A DNA stretch of 64,000 nt from Podarcis erhardii (Eukaryota). Below are positions 24,702 through 35,375 of the stretch, piece after piece. Positions within the stretch are counted from its first letter, which is position 1. Each line of letters opens with the position of its first letter. Where the stretch lies: the NCBI GenBank assembly GCA_964252035.1, contig OZ176213.1; one strand, written 5' to 3'. Made by a program: the position numbers and the translations under genes. The notes under the pieces were generated by a model that did not search any database, was not told the DNA's origin, and was given only the letters and a program-made list of their open reading frames with translations.

Positions 24702-25255
24702 CCGTATTTTTCGCTCCATAAGACTCACTTTTTTCCACTTAAAATCTAAGGGGAAATGTCTGTGCGTCTTATGGAGAGAATGTGTGGTCCCTGGGGCTGG
24801 GGGGGAGAATCCGAGCTTCCCCCACCAGCCCCGACCTGCTCTTTGGGGCTGGCGGTGGGGGAAAGCCAGGCTTCCCCCCACCGCCAGCCCCACAAGCTCA
24901 GGGAGCAGCGGGAAGGCTGCTCCTTTCGCTGAAGCCTTTCCTTTCGCCTCTCCTTTCTCTGGAGCCAGGAAAGTCCTGCTCTCTTGGCTTCAGCGAAAGG
25001 AACCCGAAGCCTCCAGAGCGCAGCAGGAACTCCCGCCGTGCTCCAGAGGCTTCGGGTTGCCTTCACTGAAAGCGAAGGCAATGTGAGAGAGGGAGAGCTG
25101 CGCAGCACCACTACAGCGAAGCGGGAGGAGAAATGGAAGGGGCTCAGTTTCTCCTGCCGCTTCGCTGAAGGGGCGCTGCACAGAGAGGGGGAGATTATTT
25201 TTTTCTTGTTCTCCCCCTCTAAAACAAGGTGCATACTATGGAGCGAAAAATACGG
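24702..25255. mobile_element. Tc2-type (Tc1/mariner superfamily) non-autonomous element, 554 bp, GC/CpG rich
   Basis: TA|CCGTATTTTTCGCTCCATA...TATGGAGCGAAAAATACGG|TA; perfect 19-bp TIR. CCGTA termini are characteristic of Tc2-like elements. Confidence 0.85.
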
Positions 25256-28135
25256 TATTAAAAAGGAGACAGTACTCTATTAAAAAAAGGCACCTGCCCC
25301 ATCCTAAAGCCATTTTAAAAAAATTAGAGGGACAGGGGGTCTTGTGAGGCACCAACCTGAATATTTGCAGGTGTCATAGCACCCATGGGTGCCATGCTGG
25401 GGTGGGGTGTAGCATACAACAAATGCAGACAGGAGCCTGGCCATTTCCTTTTTATTTCCAGGATGCGCTATGCTTGTGTCATCATCGCTTCCCATTGGCA
25501 CAGGAATCGACTCCTGCCAATTTCCATTTTGTCCCCATCTCTGGGGATAATTGATAGTCCGGAGAACCAACCAGGGTGTAATATTTAATATTAATGCCTG
25601 CTCTCATGCTGGTTGTGAATTAGCTTTGCTAGACTCAATCATATGTCCTCAGCAGGCACATGTGTAATTAAAAAGGAGCGCACATCGGGTTCACAGTTGC
25701 ACTGAGATCTGCCTGCTGTAAAAGGGCCGTATGTTCCTTTGGGTTTGCATACTGGAGGAATGTAATTATGGTATTGCTAAATACTTCTAGGGTTCTGGTA
25801 AGATTCTCCCCCACCAAAAAAATATATATTATTTTTTTAAAGAACACTCTCCTTACCTGGAGCAATGCTATTTCCAAAATAAAAGGGTGGGTTGTTTTTT
25901 AGCGCAGGATTACTTGCTGTGCTTTCCTAATGAATAAAAGCAATGGACGCACAAAGGGAAGCTGGATTTTTGCTGAAGTTCAGTTTTTGCGCACACACAA
26001 AAATGGATGGGGTAGGAGTAATGTTCACACACACAAAAACCTGACTTTCCACACTTTTCTTTCATCTTCCTCCATCCCACACTTAGAATCATAGAATTTT
26101 TGAGGGGAAAGGGACCTGAGAGTCGTCAAGTCCAAACCCCAGCAATGTAAGAATCTCAACTGAAGAATCCCTGACAGTTGGCCATCCAACCTCTGCTCAA
26201 ATTTGAAAGGAGAGGGAAAGAAGTGAACTTGGGAGAAAGCTATATTCAGCAGGGAAGAATCAGAGAGAACTGGGTTGTTTGAAAGGAAGGGAAAGGCGAG
26301 GATGGGAGAGGGGCCCCTGCTTCACTTCAGATCAACAAGCACTAGCTTGAAAGGCAGGAAAGCCTGGTTTAAAAATATGTCTTGTTAATGAATGGTTAGG
26401 AGATACAGAGCAAATCACATTGAAGCATGGCATTTGAGATGTGGTTTCCTTTGGGCCTTAATTGGATTAGTGGGATCATATTAAAGATATAGCGACTATG
26501 CGATGTTTAGAGGATTATTCAGCCCCTTTCTCTTTTTCATTTTTTGTATCATCTAATCCTGTTGATTGGGAGCTGCTTTAGAGTTAACTGCAACCAGGCA
26601 AGCAAGACCCAAGTTTCGGTCTCCCATCTGTTCCCAAGTGCCTCTTGCCTTACCGCAGCGGAATTTCACAGAAATGGAAACAAGCATGGTGGCTTTTCCA
26701 GAAGATGCCCACACTCTAGCTAAGCCCCACTTTTGCTTAGTACTCCAGATTGCACATGTCAACCCTGGTGGTTTCCCAGTCATTTAAACTTTAGGAAACA
26801 CTTCTTAACTATCAGAGCATTTCCAGGAATGCAGTAAGCTCCTGGAGATATCAAGAATCCTCTGTCCCTGAAAGGCTTTTTTCTTTCTTTCTTTTTTTAA
26901 GGCTTTCAGGGATGTGTTTAGATATTAGAGACACTTGCCAAGGTTAGGGCAGGAGTGGTCAAAGAAGGTGGTTAGAGTGGGGCCAAATTAGGCAGAACAT
27001 ATGAAAGTATGAGATGCCCCTATGGATGGGTAGATCTCAGTTTTGGTTTCTCTCTCATTTCTTCATGTTTCCAGTCTTAAAGTTGAGCTCCCCACATTTC
27101 CACATCAGTTTGCAACATTTTTTCTAAGTCCTCATGAAAATTGATCAGTGTTTTAGTGGGAATTTCTCCTAAAATACAAAAAAATGGCATTGTGCCTGAT
27201 GTACTCAATTTTTGCAAAGCAATTTTCCTTAATAGAATTAATTTGTGAATAGATGCATTTTTACAGACACTGTACCCTGGCATATGTGTTTTCATACCCT
27301 TTACTTGGCAGAAGAGGGGCATTACAAAATTCAGAGAGAAGTGTGAATTTGAAGAGATGGCTGTGTTTTGCTTCTTGTATTGTTTTGGGAACTGCAGATT
27401 AGGTAGAATTACCTTTAAATGCAATCTGAATTGAACTTCTCCCCCGCCCCTAGTCCCTGGAGAACTGGCCAGATGGACAGATTATCTGATATGGTATGAG
27501 GCAAGTTTCTGTCTTCTTTAAGAAGGAAAGGCTCCTCCAAAATCTCCCCCTGTTAGTGGGAATGTCTTGGGAAGAGGATTTTTCCATGGAGTTGGGGCAA
27601 ACCTTTTGGTTCCCGCCCACCTTCTTAGCAACAGACTATTGTTACACCCCCACCTTGGCAACAGGCATTTGTCCTGAGTCAGTACAGGGTTAACATACAT
27701 GGAATATATTTTTATCATAAACTTTTAGCTACAGGGATTTGATGTAAGGTGGTGAAGACAGAAAGGCTCTATTTTGTTATGTGTGTGCTATTGTAACTCA
27801 GCACGCACACACACACCCTATGAGTAATCTCCCAAAGCCTGCCAAACAGAACCAGTGTTAATTGCTTATGCTAGAATCTATTTGCTGTTGGAAATGTCAC
27901 ACCATAAATTATGTTTCATTTCTCCATCTGACAAGCAATGTACCCGAAATAAATTGGTCCCGTTTCCACTCTTCTCCCTCCGCTCTGATGTCAAATTTAT
28001 TTGCGGTATCCTTCAATTGATATCCACGGCGTGTATCGTGGGTTGCGTTGCTGTTGTTTTTTGGAACTGCAAAAAGAAACCCACAAAAAAAACCTCTAAT
28101 CAATGTTGAAATAGCTGAAATGCTGTTAATAAGCA

Positions 28136-28168
28136 CAACAACAGCAGCAGCAGCAACAACAACAACAG
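28136..28168. repeat. Compound (CAA/CAG)n microsatellite
   Basis: Direct reading. Confidence 0.9.
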
Positions 28169-29733
28169 AGTGTGGTTGGTGCAAACAGTCCAAGCAGGAT
28201 GGTGCAATTTAGTAGATTTTGGGGGGATTAAAATTGCACTGAGACCGTTCTTTTCAGCAGTGGAAAGCAAAGCCAAGCCAATTGACAGTCTTGCTAGGGA
28301 AAGAAACAACACTTGCTTATTCACAAGTGTCAGGGCTGGAGTCCTAAACAGGTCAGTGAGGAAGGATGCAGATCTCTGTTGTCAGTGAAGCGAAAAAATT
28401 ATTCAAGGAAATGAATATACAATGCGGCCTAGTGGTCTCAGAAACCCTTCCCAGTAGGTCTTGCTCCTGTGGAGCAGTTGCCAGGACTGAAGGTCCCTGC
28501 CTTCCACCTTTTCTAAGGCTCCCATCTAAGAAAGCAAGAGTCCTGAGCCCTCTTTGAGTGAGCTCCCGATTCTTCCTTTGAAGTCAAATCTCCTGGTGCC
28601 AGGTGATTGACTGGTGAGAAGCCCCACCCACCTAGCAAAGGTGACCTAAGGAGGGTGGGCCTATTCTGCATCCAGCCCAACATCCAGATCCAGTTCTCCA
28701 ACCCTAGACAATACTGGTAACTGGGTGGACTAATGGGGGATAGGGCTATCAATGGTTACTGGCCATAATTGCTGTGTTCCACCTCTCCTGTTGGGGTCAG
28801 TATACCTTTGAATGCTAGTTTTGTGGAATCACAAGTGGGTGGGAGTGGTCTTGCCCTCAGCTCTTGCTTTGGGGATTCCAACTGGGGCCTTTGGTTGGCC
28901 ACTGTGAGAACAGGATGCAGGGCTGGATGGGCCTTTGGCCTGATCCTGCAGGGTTCATCTTAAGCTGCTAATGCTCTGAACTCGGTAAACAACAGCTTCC
29001 TATATTGGCCTTATTTGCCTTTGGATCTGCTGCCCCCTGCGAGAAAGTGAAGATTCTGCTCTGTCCATGTTTCATTGTCCTAAAGAGAAGGAGGGGAAGT
29101 TACGTTATCGATCAACCAGGCTTTTAATATGCCCAAAATAGAGCAAAATGAGAGATGGAATCAATAAAGATTATTTCCCTGAGTCTAATTTGAGCCTTTT
29201 GCCTTGATAAATCCTCCCCCCTCCTCCTTTCTCTCACTTCTTTTTTTGGTGACATCCATGGCGTTTGTTATATTACATCAATATTGTTGCCTTTTCGGTT
29301 AATTTATTTCATCTGTGACGCTTTAGAGGCCGTGGTTAACTGCCCGCAGTTACCTGCGCTTTGAAGGATTAGAACCTAAAAATGGATTATGTGAGATCAA
29401 AGCAGAGGAGAAGAGATTTGAATCAGGCTGCCTGAGCATCCATTCCTGCGAGGGTTGGCATAGTTTTGTTCCTTCTATCTGGAAGGCCGAGGAAATCCGT
29501 GCAAAGTTTAGGAAAGACAACTCGATCCAACTGGGGCATGGGAAGCCTTATACGGAGTGAGGCTTTGTCTACACTGACTGGCAGTGTCTCTGTAGGGATA
29601 CAGAAAGCAGTCCCTCCCAGCCCTAACGGGGGATCAAACCAGGGACCTTCTGCTCACAAAGCGGATTCTCTCCCACTGAGCTGTGGCCCTTGCTCAGTGC
29701 TTGCATCAGTACCTCAGAAGAAAGAACCAGAGT

Positions 29734-30404
29734 ATTTGCCCAATAACAATTGCTGGAAATGCAATGAGTCGGAAGGAACCTTCTACCACCTTTGGTGGAC
29801 CTGCCCAAGGATTAAAGCCTACTGGGAAATGATCTATAATGAAATTAAGAAAGTCCTTAAGTGGACGTTTTTAAAGAAACCGGAAGCTTTTCTCTTGGGC
29901 ATGGTGGGCCAATTGGTACCAAAGAAGGATAGGACATTCTTTATGTATGCAACTACAGCGGCAAGAATTCTTTTAGCAAAGTATTGGAAGACGCAAGAAC
30001 TACCTACTCTGGAAGAATGGCAGACAAAGGTGACCGAATTTATGGGACTGGCAGAGATGACCGGCAGAATCCGTGACCAGAGGAAAGAGGCGGTGGAAGA
30101 GGACTGGAAAAAATTTAAAGTATATCTTAAAAACTGCTGCAAAATTGAGGACTGTTAAGATGTTAAGGGGTGAGAAACAGAGAATTACAGCTGTAAATAA
30201 TAATTTTTATGGAAACTTAAAGAGAACCAATAGAAAAATTGATTAAAGGGTTGCTAAAAAATCTTTTGGAATAAGGATGCAGTGAAAAGGAGGTATGGGG
30301 AAGTCATGTTTTATGTTTATTTGTTTTTTCTGTGTTGTGTTTGTTTTCTTTTTTCTTGTTTATTGTTGTGAAAACTAATAAAAATTATTTAAAAAAAAAA
30401 AAGA
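29734..30404 (+). mobile_element. L1 LINE, 5'-truncated 3' end (671 bp) with intact ORF2 C-terminus, 3' UTR, AATAAA and poly(A)
   Basis: CWKCNESEGTFYHLWWTCPRIKAYW...AARILLAKYWK...PTLEEWQTK (L1 cysteine-rich C-terminal domain), stop at 30158. 18-bp TSD agaagaaagaaccagagt at 29716-29733 and 30405-30422. Confidence 0.92.
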
Positions 30405-31279
30405 AGAAGAAAGAACCAGAGTGTCCCTAGATCTCCTTGTACATCTCTGAACTCATACCTGTCAATGCTTATCCGTTATATGTGCTAACAAAAGTACTCA
30501 TTTAGAGATCTTTACCGAAAACAATTGTGCACCACCAACACTTTAAAAAAGAATAAAGATGAACAGCATTGCGGTTACCTTAGAAATCTTGCCTTGCTTA
30601 TTACTGCAGGGAAAATATCCAGTAAATGCCGATATTACCTTAGTGTAAGGGAATTAGCAAGAAGCATGCGGTATAAAAACATTTATTTGAGCAAAATGGC
30701 CAACAGAAAGTGAAAATTGCTTTGCAGCTTGAAACACCTGTGCAGAGATGTGAAATAGTAAAATGATAAAGGTGATTACAACTTATACAGGCTACCATTC
30801 CCCCGGGGCCATAAACTTAAACTGCTTCTGGTATAAATCTATAATATATAGGCAGAGAGATGCCTTATATAGAGTTATTCAGGTGTTTCCCCCACCACCA
30901 CCCATTTAAAGTGGGCAAATTATTTTAATGATTGTTGCTGTTATGTATACAATGTGTTACAAGCTATTGCAAAAACACCCTAGACGATACAGAAATCTAA
31001 ATAAATCAGAATTATGGGATATTGAGGCCTTAGCTCAGGATAGGTTGTTATAAGAAGGCCTCCAAATAATTAGCTGTAGGGCAAAGATACAGAACCTGTG
31101 GCCCTCCAGATGTTGCTGGACTACAGCTCCCATCATCCCAGACCATTGGCCGTGCTAACTGGGGCTGATGGGAATTGGAGTCCAAAAGCATCTGGAAGGT
31201 CAAAAATACCTCCCTCTTCCCCTAATGGAGGCTGGTCCACTGCTGACCTCTCTATATAACCAGTCAGGTGGTGGCTCTG

Positions 31280-32236
31280 TGTCATGGACTGGCTGGATGC
31301 AAGGAGAGATGGGAGGCACCAGTTGGGGAACCCGGATCCGAGCCAGAGGATTGGTGGTAGAACAACAATGAACGGTCAGAGAGAGAAGAGGGAGCAGACT
31401 GGGAGGAGGAGGAGGTGTTGGAAGCTGAAGAGGCAACAGGGTTTAGTGAGCAGGACGGGGCTGTGGCAGAGAGCAGTCCAGAAGCAGAGGCAGAAGCTGA
31501 GGTGGGTCAAGAGGCAGAGATGAGGCAAGCTGCTGAAGAAGCCTAGGAGTGTCCCCCTCTTACTGCAACCAGCTTTCCTCCCAGAAGAAGTATGAAGAGG
31601 GCGGAACAAAGAGAGACAAGACAAATGACAGTGAGGCTGCTGGGGAAGGAAGCAAGGGAGGAGGAGACTTAAGGAGCAGTGGGAAGGCGGGGATCTTCAG
31701 TCCTCGCAACTGCCTCATCGGGGCAAGACCTACAGTGGTGCCTCACAAGACGAAAATAATCCGTTCCGCGAGTCTCTTCGTCTAGCAGTTTTTTCGTCTT
31801 GCAAAGCATCCCTATTAGCGGCTTAGCGGATTAGCGCTATTAGCGGCTTAGCAGCTATTAGCGGCTAAGCGGCTATTAGCGGCTTAGAAAAAGGGGGGAG
31901 GGAAAAAACTCGCAAGACTCGCAAGACTTTCGTCTTGCAAAGCAAACCCATAGGGAAATTCGTCTTGCGAAGCGCCTCGAAAAACAGAAAACCCTTTCAT
32001 CTAGCGGGTTTTTCGTCTTGCGAGGCATTCGTCTTGCGGGGCACCACTGTATTGGGAAGAGTACCAGTGGGTGCTAGCCACCCCTTCCTGGAAGGGGTGG
32101 TGGGCATCAGTTCTTTAAAAAGGGGGGGGAGTCAGCATAACCAGCCCTTCCCAAGAGATTGCGTCATTTATAGACATATTCTCAGCAGAGCTGGAGCTTT
32201 TCGTAGCCAAGGAGCCCTCGCAGGGCGGGTAGTACA
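31280..32236. mobile_element. LTR-like, purine-rich repeat interrupted by a family A MITE
   Basis: Starts TGTCATGGACTGG and resembles a lizard LTR family I recall. The right end (possibly ...GTAGTACA) and TSD are not confirmed. Confidence 0.45.
31733..32049 (-). mobile_element. Tc1/mariner-class MITE, family A copy 2, 317 bp, inverted relative to the 11604 copy
   Basis: TA...TA flanks. Reverse complement aligns end to end with 11604-11925 at roughly 93-95% identity by eye. Confidence 0.9.
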
Positions 32237-33081
32237 TCGAAAAAGCACCTCTCTGCATCCACCAAATAGATGATCCTTGTATAACCATTTAGTATTCACT
32301 GTGATCGTGTTGATTATGATGAACTAATTAGCTGTTAAGTGATGTGATAGGTATTTTTAATAGGGAATTCATTCTAATTCCACAGTAATGAATGTACTGT
32401 TACTTTTAAGTGCTATTTGTTTATGCATATGAGTCGATGGAGGAGAGGGGGGGAAAACACGGCGGGCTCATATGCTCCAACAAAGCAAGGAAATAATTGT
32501 GATTTGTCTCTGAGGGATGATAGCATCTTCATAATTAGAAATGTCAAAAAAGCAAGTTTGCTGTTAAGATTATTGGTCTGGCAAGATAGCTATCCTTGTA
32601 AATTAGATTCCATATCGCTGTATCTCGCTTGTACATGTCGCGTACCAGCGTCCTGGTTATTAGGCACTGATTTGTAAAACACAAAAATGATTTCAGCAAT
32701 TGCTTATGACTATGAAATCCTAAATGAAGAGAATTATATTTTGTTTTGATGTTTTGGTTTTTTTAAAAAAAATTAAAATGCATAAACAGCTACTTTGCCG
32801 GTGCATTCTGGTTCCATATAGAATGCAGTTTGCATGCGACTGGATAGTAGCCAGGAGAATATTCAAATAACAAAAATGACTGGGATGCTGATCAGACTCC
32901 CTATACCTGTGAAATGCAGGTTGAAGAGGTTAGTTTAGAGACCATAGAATCATGGAATTGTAGAGTTGGAAGGGACCATAAGGGTCATCATCCCTAACCA
33001 TTGGCCATCCTGTCTGGAGTGATGGGAACTGGGGTCCAAAACAATTGGAAGGTACTACATTAGCTATCCTTTGATTTAGAC

Positions 33082-33332
33082 CAGGGGTCAGCAAACCTTT
33101 CAGCAGGGGGCCGGTCCACTGTCCCTCAGACCTTGAGGGGGTCCGGAGTATATTTTGAAGGAAAAAATATGAACGAATTCCTATGCCCCACAAATAACCC
33201 AGAGATGCATTTTAAATAAAAGCACACATTCTACTCATGTAAAAACACACTGATTCCCGGACCATCCATGGGCCGGATTTAGAAGGTGATTGGGCTGGAT
33301 CCGGACCCCGGGCCTTAGTTTGCCTACCCATG
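33082..33332 (+). mobile_element. hAT-type MITE, 251 bp
   Basis: TIR CAGGGGTCAGCAAAC / GTTTGCCTACCCATG. Perfect 8-bp TSD atttagac at 33074-33081 and 33333-33340. Confidence 0.88.
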
Positions 33333-35236
33333 ATTTAGACTTTCTCCATGCCCCCCAGATTGTGTAGATTAAGAAAATCAGAGTTTCACAAATTGGGCTA
33401 GCCACATCACCCTCCACATTAGTTGACTGGATTTCTGCCGTTTCCCCTTTTTTGCTGCAGAGAATCACACAAAGTGCATAACCAGACAGGCTGAACAGAT
33501 GCTGCCACATTTGGACCAATTGCATTTCCAGGCCCAATTCAAAGTGCTGGTGTTACCCTTTATCGCTGTAACCAATGGAAGTTGAAAAGCATTTCATGCG
33601 TCATATCCAATGCTAGTCCTCCTCAAAAGTAGTCCCATTGAAATTAATGCTTTTAGATGTTTCCAATCAGTATAATGGGTCAACCTTGAGTGGGCCTAGC
33701 ATTGAATACAATCCCATCAATCGCAATTTGTAGCAAACGTAGATTTTATAAAGCATTGTGAAAACTTCAAAGGAAAGGCAGAGGTGATATTTATAAGGAA
33801 TATTGTCTTTTCCAGATATTCTGCTTTGATTAGCAGCTATCTTGTCTCTTATCCATGACTCTAGAAGATGCTTTAAAATCATGCTTTGAGGGTGGTGGGA
33901 GCAAGGATCCTGGAAGAAACATTATAAAAAAAGACATAAGTACTGGTAGTGCAGTGGCAGAAGAGATCATCTAGAAATCCCCCAGAGGCAGAATATTGGC
34001 TAGTCTGGAAAAAGATTCAGCCCAAGAGGTGAAAACAGTGATTGAAAGCAAGTGAGTAGGAGGGTGTGATAATGGTAAGATGGCTTCTGCAATTGTTGCT
34101 CAAGCTGAGTAGCTGTTTTGTCGCCTGTGTTGTACTGTTGAAATCAATTATGCTAATTGTGTGAATAAGTGCTATTAAAAATAACAAAGGGTTGCAGAAT
34201 TTAGCCCTACCCTGTGGTTCCAGTAATGCAGCTATAATGATCATTTATTGGCACAATCTAAATAAATAGTGTGTGGATCTGCAAAAGGAATGGCGTTCTG
34301 CTATGCCTGCTACCCATTTATCTTCGATAAGTGATGTACACAATGCAGCTGTGTAATGTGTCAGTAGGCAGAAACATTCTAGTATGCATTATATCTTAGA
34401 GCATAAGAAGCTTGCCTTTAGACCAAGTCAGACCCTTGGTCCATCTAGCTCAGTGTTGTCCACACTGGCTGGCAGAAACTCTTTAGGGTTTCAGACTGGG
34501 GACATTCCCAGCCCTACCTGCAGATGTCAGGCATTGAACCCGAGACCTTCTGCACTCCCTTCTGGAGTCTTTGAATGTAAAGGATAGGATGTTGTTCTGA
34601 ATGTGGTCCCACTTCTGACACCCTGTTGCCTAATTCATGCAGGTGTGGGTAATGCATAGCTGTCAACTTTGCCCTTTTTTAAAGAGACATTCCCTTATTC
34701 CGAATAGGTTTCCTCGCAAGTAAAGGGAAAAATTGACAGCTATGGGGTATTTTAGCATGCGTGTCAACAGGGGTTTATAGCACTCCCTAGCAGGGTCCTT
34801 AAAAAAAAACTCCACAGGCCTGTTGCAGCATTTCTGCTAATCCAAGGGGAAGAAGATGGACAGAACCAGCTAGGTTGTACTTTATGGGACAGCACATAGC
34901 TAAGCCGCTTGCCTCCTGATTGCAACAGAAAACTCACCAACTTCTATTTTGATGTCTTAACTTTCAGCACAGATATCAAAGGCGCTCAAGGTGGCATTCA
35001 TGGTTCTCCCCTTTCTCATTTAATTCCCTCAACAACCCTGTGAGGTAGGTTAGGCTGAGAGGCAGTGACTGGCGCAAGGTCACCCAGTGAGCTTCATGGC
35101 TGAGTGAGGATTTGAACCCTGGTTTCCCAGGTCCAAGTTTGACACTCTATCCACTGCTCCACACTGGTTGAAAACATTCCAAAGTATAGTACATAGCAGT
35201 TTATGGAAGGCCACTGAGGCCTTTAGCAAAGGCAGG

Positions 35237-35375
35237 AATCATAGAATTGTAGATTTGGAAGGGGCCACGAGGATCATCTAGTCCAGGCATGTCCAACCAG
35301 TAGATCTTTTGCCCCACATCAGGCTCGAACCCACAGCCCTGAGATTCAGAGTCTCACGCTCTACTGACTGAGCTA
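35237..35375 (-). mobile_element. SINE with tRNA-Lys(CUU)-derived head and CR1-type 3' tail
   Basis: Minus strand TAGCTCAGTCAGTAGAGCGTGAGACTCTGAATCTCAGGGCTGTGGGTTCGAGCC matches tRNA-Lys. Tail GGACTAGATGATCCTCGTGGCCCCTTCCAAATCTACAATTCTATGATT. Confidence 0.78.

Noticed and set aside
24549-25283. Cluster of overlapping 95-162 aa ORFs
   Set aside because: All lie in the GC-rich interior of the Tc2-type element, where stops are rare. No transposase DDE/HTH motifs.
29466-30158. 230-aa ORF as a possible chimeric new gene
   Set aside because: The C-terminal about 140 aa are L1 ORF2. The N-terminal part is a chance open frame through a SINE relic and the TSD, beginning at TTG.
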